Shown: positions 14,101 to 26,100 of the stretch, in pieces
Layout: each line of letters opens with the position of its first letter
Numbering within the stretch: position 1 is the stretch's first letter
Assembly (NCBI GenBank): GCA_046563655.1
Contig: CM102286.1
Location: 6,634,001 to 6,698,000 of the forward strand
Source: Yuukianura sp. NJ FZ-2021
Lineage: Eukaryota
Direction of reading: 5' to 3'
DNA length: 64,000 bases
The notes under the pieces: generated by a model
What the model saw: only the letters and a program-made list of their open reading frames with translations
What the model was told of the DNA's origin: nothing
Database searches by the model: none
Position numbers and translations under genes: made by a program

Positions 14101-17100
14101 TTTTTGCAGGTAACAGCTCATTTTAGATGTCTAAGATTTATTACATTTTACAATTCACGACAAATTGAACTAACTTCCATTAGTTTTTAGGTTTTGTTTT
14201 ACTTGTATTTAAAAAACTGTAAGTTAGAAATTGTAGAAGAAAGGCAGGAAATTGCCAATAAATAACAGGTACTGGAAGCTGGGTCAACTACGTTAGGTTT
14301 GCAGGAAGCTCCTACTGAGCATGTATTCCAGACGACGTATTGGGATCATTTCCCCTGTTCTGGAAGTATCAAATGTGAGTTCTTCGTTTAACGACATCCA
14401 TTGATTCCGAATAAAGAAGTTTTAAAGGCAATATCAAGTCCAAATGAACTGTTATTACCTTTGAAGGAGCAGACACATATGATGGGCGGAGAGGAAATAG
14501 TCATCCGATGTGACCCTTGGGTTCAATTCCGTGGACTTTATAACACTCGAATGGACAGTTGGGTGGATTAGGACTCGCAAATATAATCATTGGATTCTAC
14601 AAAGTAGCAAATTCACAGATCCTAATCACAGCCAGATCCCCGTTACTGGATATTTACTCCCGTGGTGTTAACAAACTATTGAGAGCTTTCGATTTTCACA
14701 AGTTCCAACAATCAATATGAAAGACAAACTATTATTTCACTTGTTGGAAATTGTGTAATTTACTTGCTGAAAGTTTCGCAAATGGAGTATTTTTGGAGTT
14801 ATTTGTTTGTCAACTAAAATTACTTTGTCTAACTTACTTAGAAATTCTATTATAAAGCGTTTATGTACTCAAGTTTGGCTTATATAGAACTGCAAACACC
14901 GTTTATGAGTTATGGTTATGGATGTCTTTCAAATTTGCGAACTAAAATTGCAATTTTCGAACTGGTCGGCTTATTATTTGCTCAGAGTATATAGTAGCTT
15001 CGGTTAAAATTTAAAAAAATGGACAGGAGTTCAAATTTTGAAATATAATTTCCTATCAAATTAGTCGAGGTTTTTGTTTCGAACTAACGATCATTTTCAT
15101 CTTTGTATAAAGCATAACCTCATTTGTCATTTGTAATACCAAAATTGTTGTCTCACACTTTCCGATCCAGCCCAAACCCAACCACTTTAAAAATTTTATT
15201 CAAAAATTTCAAAAGTGGAAACAAGTATTCAACTTGGGAGTTGAGATGCGTAGAGTGTGAGGATATTAGACACTGAAATCGATAAAATTCACACCTCAAC
15301 CCATGCAACAAACTCGATCAAAGTTAGTAAAGTAAAGGAAGATGCAATCTGAAACCGATTAGCTTCAATAAACAAAACCGAGAACCCCCATTTTCTAGAC
15401 TTCTGGACCAATTTTTTCTAGAACAGCGGAGGCGGTAAATCAAATAGAACCTTCCGCGGCTTTCGTTTTCGCTTAATGGCTTTCTGTGGGTATCAAGTGT
15501 CACGGTGCAATTAAGGGGCCACGGCCAAAAGCTCTCGTTTGGATAGGATCCATTCACAGCATTTCAGTTTTCCAAGAAACCGAAATTAAAATCAATGGAA
15601 TAAAAAAAAAATCTATAGATTTTTTTCTATTCCCTCAGCAATACAAATAGTGAGAAAAAAGTTTCTCTACCTTTCCCAAAAAATGCTACAGCGCTAACGA
15701 TGGAAGTTCCGTGCCAACACTAATCATACGCCTTTCTCCTGCTTCCTTTTCAATCTCTTCCACCAACTTTCTATTTCAACGACATTTGATTCCAAACCGG
15801 ATTTTCTTCTTCTCCATCAATTTTCAAAGTTTGCAACTAAATTTCATTTTTGAAACTTTTTGTGAATCCCTTGAGCTCCAAACGACTTTTCGGTGAAGAA
15901 TGTTTGGATTCGCGTTCTCTTTTGTACTTTGTTCAGCATTTACGTCTACATGTTAAGCACACGAAGAAGTAAAGGTTTCTAAAGGTTGGAAATTTGTGTC
16001 GTAAAATGAGAAATGGGATTTTACAAACGTATCACCTCGTTTCACTGGACCCTGCAATTTAATTTGCTAGGAATATTTAAATTAACTGTACGTTTTCTGT
16101 TTCTGTGTTGTACTTAATCCGGCTTTGAAAGTTTTTGGTTTGAAAGCTTTTTGCCTTGAAAGTTTATCCAATTTGACTTTCCTTTGCGTAAACTTTTTTC
16201 AAAGGAAAATACAAACAAAGTTTGGATTGTTTTCCTTTTAGTAAGTTTGACTTAAAACAACGCCGTCCTTTGCGGCGTAGAGAAAATAGAATTTTCTGTT
16301 ACTGTTTCTGTTAATTTGTTGCTCGAGACTTGAATTAAGTTTTTAGTTCCATATTCTGTTATACTTTTACACGTAGTACCCAAATTGGAAACAACATGCT
16401 CTACATGTGTGAACATATACATAGACAAAAATTGTAGGAAATGTCAGAAATTGTTGAAACAAAAATCGACGTCATCTATATTCATTTGCTACTGGAAAGA
16501 GGATTTTCAAAGTTATTTTCTTTTCTGTTCGTAGTGCCTCCCGATAAACCTGTGATATATGATGCTAACGGTGTAACATCTCAGAATATCGGACCGTACA
16601 ACGAGGGCAGTGAACTCATCCTCATGTGCGAAGTCTACGGCGGTAAGTTATAACTTTAGCATTCATGTAATCATAAACATTCACTTGTGTTTGAGACGTT
16701 CCATTGTACTGTTATGTAAACTCCTAAACATTCTAAGGAATATCCAGGAAAAAATTACGCTGAACTGAAATGTTTCAGTTTAACCTAACTGCATGGTGGT
16801 TACACTTTTGCCTTGAGCTCCAGTTTCAAAAATTATAGACTTTTTTTTCAAAAATTGAAGAGGCCACATTCTTATTGGGTTTATGATGTTATCACATGCA
16901 GTTTTTATTTGGTTTATGGGCACATTAATTTAACCAAGAGAATAAGTTTATCTATGTCTATTGGGAGTGTCGTGTTTGGTTGAAAAAACTGTTAAATACT
17001 TTTTATTAGTCACCAGTGAAGGTATCCACTTACACGGGAGTGAATTTTCACGTTGGTTTAGAATGAAGTGAAATGTGCAGTAAATTAAGGGAAAAAATAA

Positions 17101-20100
17101 AAAATGTTGCGTGTGTGGACTGGAAATTGGCGTTGTTGAATTTTTGGAAGGTTGGAGTTTGGAGAGTAAGTGCGTGGATGGGATCATTATGCAGCTAATG
17201 CTTTTATTTGAAGGGTAATGTGTCACGGGGGATTTGTTGATGGGAGCTTCTCACGTGTCTAGCCCGCCTTGTCCCCAGCCCCACTTTCTCCGATTTCTTC
17301 GATGGAATTACCTTCATCTGTATTCTCCACTGGAGACGACTCTTCTGTACTGTGTGGATTTATAATCTCCAATTCATTCACCACTAAATCGACAGCACCT
17401 TCTTCTATTTCACCACAAAAGAGCTTTTTACGCCGCCGAACGCCTCTGTAGTGTCAGGAAAGAGTGAAAATTTGTATTGTTTTTCATACTACAGCAAATA
17501 CCGACACTTACTCCACACATCTAGAGTTGAAGAGTTGAAAACATGATTTTTGTAAAAGAAATCTTGATCGTTGGTGAGCATGGCTATGAGAGCAACTATT
17601 TGTAATGTTATTTCGACTAATTGGATGTTTGGCAGCACTAGGTCTAAATCAGTAGTTAGAGATAATGGAGTGGTGTCGTCCGCCTGGTGCAGAAGTGGTC
17701 CAAATCCATGGTGGCCTATTTTGTGGATTAGATCTGACAGTGATATATATCAATGATGATGAAAGTGTGCGGAAGAAAACAAAGATTGGTTTGTTTTCGA
17801 GGAGAAAGTGGCCTGGAGACATATATCTCAATCTGGGATGAGAAATGACTTATAGAAGAAATGAAATGTATTTTCTTTACTTTATAATAGCTTTTCTTTT
17901 TCACTTTTGCAATTCCATTTCAGAGTATGGGCCTTCGAGGCTTGAGCTAGAGTACCTGCTGTGTCAAATCGATGCAGGAACCATTTCTCGGTGCTTCTTT
18001 TTCCAGAAAGCCCGCTCTTTTGCTCAACTCGTTGGTTGAAATGGCGTAGTGAAAAGGAAAATCGTTCCTTGTTGTGTCGTGACTCGAGAACCCAAAGGAG
18101 TCGTTCAAGTGTCCACTCTCCTTCTGCCTTTCCTTTGTTTCACCTTAGAATTGAGTAGCCTTATGGGCTGGGACTTTACTTTCTCCAATTGCCTTCACAG
18201 AGTAGAGCGGCACAGGAAACTGCCAAGGAGAAACACTTTGTTATTCTTTGCATGATCTCCATTCACAGCACAACGACAAAGATTATGCGACAAAAGTACC
18301 ACCGCTTCATTCTCTTCCTCTTAACACCCACGTCAACCTTGTTACTACCACAAAAAACGGAATGTTTTCATTCATCTAAATGAAAACAAAGTTGTATGAA
18401 ACCTTTTCAAATTCTGAGAGAATTAATCTTTGTGAACTTTGAAAAGACTTCCCTTGGCCAAAGTTTGTGGAAATTTAAGTGTGAGTTATAAGGGGATTTA
18501 CAAAACAATTTTGAGGGAAAACACGATCATACTTTAAGGGAAACAAGGAGCCAATTAATTATTTGGTTCGGCCCAATTCCCTTCTAATTCTGATATATGA
18601 AAGAAGATGGGAGTGGGATTTGGTTGTTCTAGTCTAATAGAAAAGCCAGGCTATTGGTGCATAATGTATTACTTCAGAAAAGGCCACACAAAGTTCAAAA
18701 GTGCCTCGGTCGATATTAGTAGCTTCAAACTGCTGCGGTGGGATGGAAAAGTAGCATAGAAAATGGATATTCAAATCCTTCTACTTTCTCCGCCATCCTA
18801 CACCACAAGAGCAAACAGCCTAGAGAAATCCACATTTTGGTGGAAAAAGAAGCTGAAAAGTTGGAAATATAATCATTCCGTGGCTTAAAAACCTATTTCG
18901 GTTACCCACGGCGTTTTGTGCACTTTTCCTAATAGCCAAAAACCCACTTTCGACATGACGAAACTGTGGAAGAGTGACTTTTAATATTGGAGTTTCACAC
19001 TCAAAAATCCATTCTTCAAAATCCCTGCTGCTCCCTGTTGCATAGCAACAAAATCTGTTTCTTTTAAAAACTTTTTTTTTTTAAAAAGAGAGAGGGGAGA
19101 AGGGCGTGAACTTATCCCATTTTGACACTTTGAGTATAAACTAAAAGGCTTCTCTGTCTAGCTGGCACGAAAATTTCATGTTCCAGAAAAAGCATATGTG
19201 TAGGATGTTAGGTTGAGGAAAGGCTTTTCATCAATATTTCCACCAAAATTTCCACTTCCTTTCTCTGCAAATGTTTATCGTTCCCATTTTCTCTTCTACT
19301 GGTTTCCAAGCACACTAGTGGCTTTTCTCCTAGAAAGAGCACTACCACCACCCGTCCACTTTGGTTCTAGTGGTTTTCCTCTAATTGACACGTTCCACTT
19401 TGTTGGCATAGAAAATTTAGTTTACTTGCATTTTCTGTATTTCTCTGCATGAGTCGCATTATTTATCCAACACTACGTACTGCTTGTTTTTAGGTCTGGA
19501 GGGGTTTTCTATTAATTGGTTCATAAGATGAGTCAGTCACAGTCACTCCGCTGTAATGTTTTAGTTTAGGTCGCCGTAGTCACTGAATTACAATTGACGA
19601 AAATATGAAGAGCACAAGGACTCTAGGACTTCAAAACCGCCATGTTGAGGGAAAGGAACCATTTTCTCTTGGGAAATGTAAACAGTTTAAATTGCATTTC
19701 TAAACCTATCAAGTCCCTAGAGCATCAGCATTGAATTAGAATAACATTCTGAACATGTGGAGTTGCACTGTACTTTGTTCGGATTTGACAAATGTCTTTG
19801 TGAAACTGGGAATAAGCGGAAAGAAAGACACTGCTGCTCTTTGTTATTCTTCGCAGGAGAATTTCAAAAAGACGCATGCTCCAGGCAGAGTAAAAGTAGA
19901 AACAATTGTACCAGGCACTGGAACTACTATTTTCTTTCCAACTGTAAACTTTGTTATCTGAAACAGAAATTATTTTCCTCCAGTCGAGAGTGTCAAGTGG
20001 TACCAGTGGAAAATGGGGAATGAAGAATGGTTTTCTAAAGTTTCTTGGAGGTATAAAAGGAGAAGGTTGATTGAAGAGATTTGTGAAGATTGACTTTAGA

Positions 20101-23100
20101 GCGGAGAAAGATTAGGTGTTATATCTTCTTGGCTGGAGATGAGATTGGATTGAGGTTATGTAGCTACTATACTAAAGTAATCAAAAGAAGGAGAACCTAT
20201 AATGGGAAGTTGGAAAATCAATAAATAATTTGTTGTTACAATTTCTGGTGTTTTGTAGGTCGACCGAAACCGCGTGTAAATTGGTGGCTGGAAAACGCCA
20301 TGATTGACGACTCCTGGGTGGACCGGAAAGATGGAGTTCTGGTCAATCACTTGAAGTATTCCCCACTTCAGCGACATCATCTCAACGCCCGATTCGTTTG
20401 TCTCGCCTCCAATACAAATCAAACACTACCTCAGTCTACCATTGCCATTCTCAACCTCAATTGTAAGTTTGTGGAAATCTCCTTTCCTCACAGTCCCCGA
20501 TCGCCCTATTTCTCAAAGTGTCAAGATGAAAGTTAGGGCTCCCCAGTATCAATTCAAAGACATTCCTTTTCGCAGATCAGAGTTAACTTTCTAAAAGGCT
20601 TTGAAAACTCTGTGGTCCACAATATTTGGGTAGACCAAAGTAAGAAACGTTGCAGGATTCAGGGAATTGTAGAAGTAGAAATCCTATTCCCTTTATCAAC
20701 CATGCCCAGCATCATCCAATTCAGAGGCCACCACAACTTTTAGTCCAAAGTTACTGGAGCTTTCATTTCCCCAGCAGCTCTCCTTCCGTTTCCTTTGATG
20801 GAGAGTCTCCGCTTTCTCTTTGTGTCACCACAGTTACAGCAGTCCATTCTCTCTCCATTTATTTCCTACTGCACAATCTTAGGCTTGAATCAATCCAAAA
20901 GGAAAGCTTAGGCTCTTCAATCGGATTTGCACCCTCTCTATGGTGTGGCACAAGTAGTTAGATAGTGTAGGACTCCACATCATTTATTTTTAGCACCATC
21001 GTAGGGGTTAGGTCTGACCACTCATACTACTGTTACAAGGGAGGAAAAAAATCAAAAACAAAAAATGTCGGCAAAAGTATCAAAAACAAAAATGTCGACA
21101 AAAAAAAATATCGAACAAAATGTCGACAAAAAATATCAAAAACAAAAATGTCGACAAAAAAAATTAAAAAAACAAGTAATGATATTTTTGTATAGAAATT
21201 TCGAACATTGACTCTAGCCTAGTGTCTAAGTGCTCGTAACTACTTCTCTACGGTCGCTGGTTCGAATACCACACGGGTCAACGCCTATGGTTAAGAAGTT
21301 ACAAGTACTTAGATACAAGACTGGGGTCGATGTTATTATTTTTTTATTTTTAGTTAGGGATTAAAAAAGTTTTCGGAAAAGTGTCTTTTCTCGAGAAAAA
21401 AGTTTTTTCTTAAAAAAGAAAAAAAAGTTCTTTTCAAAAATAACATTTCTTTAGAAAAAACTTTTTTTGAAAAAATTGAAAATAGCATTTCAAACGTTGT
21501 TCTGAGTGGTACTTAAACAGTGAGTTTTGAAGCTAGAAAGCATCAGTTCTGAAATGAGTAAGCATGTTTTCAGACCAATAGCATTTATTGTTAAGACAAA
21601 ATGTCGAAACGCGCAGCGCTTCCGATCACTACTGAGTCAAAGCGTCAACGTACTGAAGTGTCTGACTTTGAACGACTCCCCTATTTGGTGTATGTTGAAA
21701 TTTTTTCAAATCTGGACGCGATTAGTGGAGCACAACTCATCAAAGCGTTTCCACAGTTCTCAAGCTTGCTAAAGCCTAAAATTTTGAGTTTCTACAAAAA
21801 AGTTTCTCAGTATGCAAAGTATGTGATCACATTCGAACGTGATTTGAACGCGTTCAAATCTTGGCAACAACTTGCGGGACGAAAACTTTTTCTGCGTGTA
21901 TTATCCAAGTTAAAGAATTTTCCAATTGCACGATCGCTAACAGTTGAAAGCTTTATAGCTGAACTCGCAAGGTCTGGTTCTGTGGATCTTGAATATGAAA
22001 TATTTCGAGAGTATTCACTTGAAGAGCTGATGTTGATGACGAACAAATTCGACTTCCAACGTCGAGCTGGTAATGACCTTTATATAGAAGTCAAACATCG
22101 AAATTGTACTGTTTTCGGGAGGCTCGAAACACTTGAGACTCTTGACATGTTGTGGGATATATTCCATAAGAGCGAAAACCAAATGCTACAAGATTTGATT
22201 GGCCAAGCACAGAAGGAGCAGAACGATTTGCAAGACGCTATGGAGAAGAAAGAAGCTTCAGAAGCATACAAAACCAAAAAGCAAGAACTTCAGCGCTGGA
22301 TTTGCAACCGAAAAAAATTCAAGAAACGCCACTGTTTCAAGCTTAAACTAAGTGCGTATCACCGCCTGAAAGCCCTTCAACGGTTGGAGCAAGCGCAAAA
22401 ACATTGCAAATGACAGTTAAACATTTTTTTAATTGTACTTTAACATTACTCTTTCATAATTGAATAAATTCAGACTTATACATTTTCAAACTTTTTGTTG
22501 TTGGAGTTGTTTTATTTTAAGAGTTTCTTCGTTAGTTGTTTAATCCTTTTTATTTTGAGAATTTCGTTTTGAAGTCGATGAACTTTTAACCCTTTTTCTA
22601 TAATTGGGAAAAGGGTCGTTTCTGTTGAAAATCGTTTTGAGTTGTTGTCCGTTTAATATTATTTCAAAAGACATTTTAACCGTTGGAGTGTTCGTTTTTC
22701 TATATTTGGGGAAAAGGGTTGTTTTTGTTGAAAATCGTTTTGAAGCATTGTCCGTTTAATCCTTTTCCAAGGAAATTTTAGTTCTTGGAATGTTTCCGTT
22801 TGCTATAATTAAGAAAAAGGTCAAATTTCTACCTGAAAACTTGAGATAAAAAGGCCACTCGACTGCTTGACAAACCATCAGTCTCATCACGACTTCAATT
22901 GAAACTTCTCCTCAAGAAACTACTCCTCAAGTACTACAATGGTTGAAGCATACGCTGCAGGATTCGTAAGCAAGACTCTTGAAGATCGGGTCAAATGCTG
23001 GTGGAAGCAGGAAGAAGATGGAGAATACAAAGTCTTCATCAAGAAGGACCGATACTATACAACTGTGGAGATGAAGGAAATTCCATTTATCGTCTCGAAG

Positions 23101-26100
23101 CTTATTCTCTTCTTTCTTTCAACGGGAAATCCAGTAAGCGAGCTGCCAAACTTTGAACTCTTACTATTGGATTGCAAACAGCGTTACGCTGATAAGGGTC
23201 AGCAAGCAAAGAAGCCCAAAATGGACATTGTGGCAGAGGCAATGAGCAAAGCTGTCTGGAATCGCAAATCTCCATCTCTCAAGCCTCGCTTGAATGCAAT
23301 CCCTGAAGAAGACTCTGACGAAGTCGAGGGAAAATACTGGATTGACAGCGACTCAAAATTTTAAGCAATTTTTTAAATATTTCAGTTTTGTAAAAAAATT
23401 GTTAGTTTTAAGAATTGTAAAAAATAAATTTTTTGACTCGTACCAAAATGGTATTTAAGCGATCGTTCTTCATTCTAAATGTTTAGTCTAAAACGAGCAG
23501 CCATGGGAGACTTTTACGTAACTCTTCAGAGTGATTCTTCGTCAAATCATTATCCAGAAAACACAATTACAAATTTTAGAAATCATTTTGCAGAATCAAT
23601 TCGCTTAGACGGTGTAAAATACGAGGTGGCGTTAGTAGAGTGTACATATGTTCATCACGAGTATATGCTTCACAAGGAAGGATGGCTTCGACAAGTTGGT
23701 AACGGGTCATTCTTTGATGTGCTCAGCATTTCCTCGGAAGACGCTGCATTGATTCGAACAGCAGACGATCTTGCAAACCGTGTATCGGATAAGTTCGTGC
23801 AAATTGAAATTAAAAACTCAAAAGCTAGATTTGTCAAGAAACCTACCAAATCCTTTGTAAGGTTTAATGAAGAGGCCACTAAAATTCTTGGATATGACGA
23901 AAGAAAACAGAGTTTCGACTATGAAGTTTTTGAACCGAGTGGACATACACAACTTTTCATTTACTGTAGTATAATTGAAAACCAGCGCGTGGGCGGTGAC
24001 CTTGCGCCACTGCTGAGAAAAATTTCAAATACGGGGGACCACAAGAAGGTTGTAACCCGTTCGTTTCAACATCTGCAATACGTAGACGTTGTATTTGACG
24101 ACATTGACCATATTTGGATGTACATCATGACTGAATCTGGTGATCCGCCAGCATTTACAGTTGGAACCTTTTCTGCCACTCTACACTTTCGGCGCAAGCG
24201 ATACTGAGAGGGTATAAAACCGGCGCTCTCAAAAATTTGCAATCATTAACTCTTCAAACGTCAAACTGTCAACATGTACAAATGCAACTTGAGCGAGGAA
24301 GATTTCTTTAGAATTTACAATCCTCAGAGAGGAGGAGCTGTTGGATCAGACGGAGCTGTATTCTTCAAAGCCAATCAGTTTCGTCAGCGTGGTCATGGAA
24401 TTGGTGGAATTTTTGGGTCAATTTTTCGAAAAGTTTTACCATACGTGACCAAATACTTAATGCCTCATGCTAAAACTGCCGTAGCTGGTATAGCTTCTGA
24501 TGTGATTGGTGGAAAAAAGTCTGTAAAGGAAGCTATTTCTGAACACGGCTCGACGGCTTGGAAGGGAGTACTTAAAGGCGTCACAGACGGTATTCTTTCC
24601 ACTCAGTCTGGATCTGGACGTTCAAGGAAGAGGAAGCAAAAACGAAGAGCAAGAGCCGCTCCCAAGAAAAAGAAACCAAGAAATATATTTGAAGAACAAT
24701 GAGTTCCAAACACGCTCCTCACCCAGAAGTAGTTAGAAGTGAAACAGACATATTTAGTGAACCAGAAATGGACGTTAGTCTGCAAAGTAGTGGCATGTTT
24801 GAGTACCATCCATTGTCAGCGTTAAGTGAAAATGGAGGTCCAATTTCTTTTCAAGTCAAGGGGAACGATGTTCACTATGTCGATTTAAGTGAAACTTTGT
24901 TATACGTCCGCTGTAATATTTCAAAAGCAAATGGAGATAAACTCGATGATCGAGCTACCATGCGAATTGCTCCAGTCAACAACTTTTTACATTCGTTATT
25001 CCAGCAGTGTTCTGTGTTTCTCAATGAAACACAAATTACCCCAACAATGTCACTCTACCCTTATCGAGCCTATATTGAGACTGTACTTGCATATGGAGGA
25101 GATTACAAGGATACTCAAGCAGTGACAGCTCTTTACTTGAGAGATGAAGAGAATTTGAGTGACACTGACAGTTCCCACAAAAAGAGACAAGAATTGGCGG
25201 CCAAAGGCTTGGATATGATTGGACGACCGTTTGCAGACATCTTTGCTCAAACTCGCTACTTGCTTCCTGGAATTGACATTAGAGTTACTTTCAACCGCTC
25301 CACTGAAGAATTTGCACTCCACTCTCAGGCAGACAATACAAATCGTTACAAAATCAACATTAGCGAAGCAAGACTTTTAGTTAAAAAACATACACTGCTA
25401 CCGAATATTTTGAATTGTCATTTGAAAATGTGGGCTAATGGACAGCCGGCATGCTACCCAATGCGACGGATTGAGATGAAAACGTACAGCTTGCCCCTTG
25501 GCACTGTGTCAAATGTGAATGAAAACTTGATTAATGGACTACTTCCCGACAGAATTATACTTTGCCTAGTTCAAAGTGAAAAAATGAACGGAACTCTGAC
25601 TACAAATCCATTTGACTTTAAACCTCCAGAGTTGAGACAAATTTCCGTCACAGCAAACGGAGAACAACTTTATCATCAGGTTTACCAGTACAACAGTGAT
25701 GGCGATGTTCGAGTTTCTGAAGCATACTATGGAATGTTTAGCGGTCTTGGACTGTGTGCTAGCAATGAAGGGCCTGCTATTAGCCTTTCCGAGTTTACAA
25801 ATGGAAAGGCGTTTTTCATTTTTAACCTCAGAAACATGAATCAAGGCTACTGCCCCCCAAGACACGGAAGTATAAAAATCGTCGTTCAGTTTGCAAAACC
25901 TACCACTGAGGCTTGGAACGTTGTCTGTCACGCTGACTTTCAATCTACTCTGTATATTGACGAAGGAAAGAACGTGTTTTTCAAAGACTATTCACACTAA
26001 TGGACACCACTCAAATTTACAAGTTTTTGTCAAATATGACTCGTGGATCGAGAGCATATTTCAATGTAATACCCTGCGACCTACTTGAAAAGCTAACAAT

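Noticed and set aside
21208..21282. Canonical tRNA gene
   Set aside because: 10-nt anticodon loop, imperfect D and T arms and no clear anticodon. Treated as a tRNA-like Pol III element instead.
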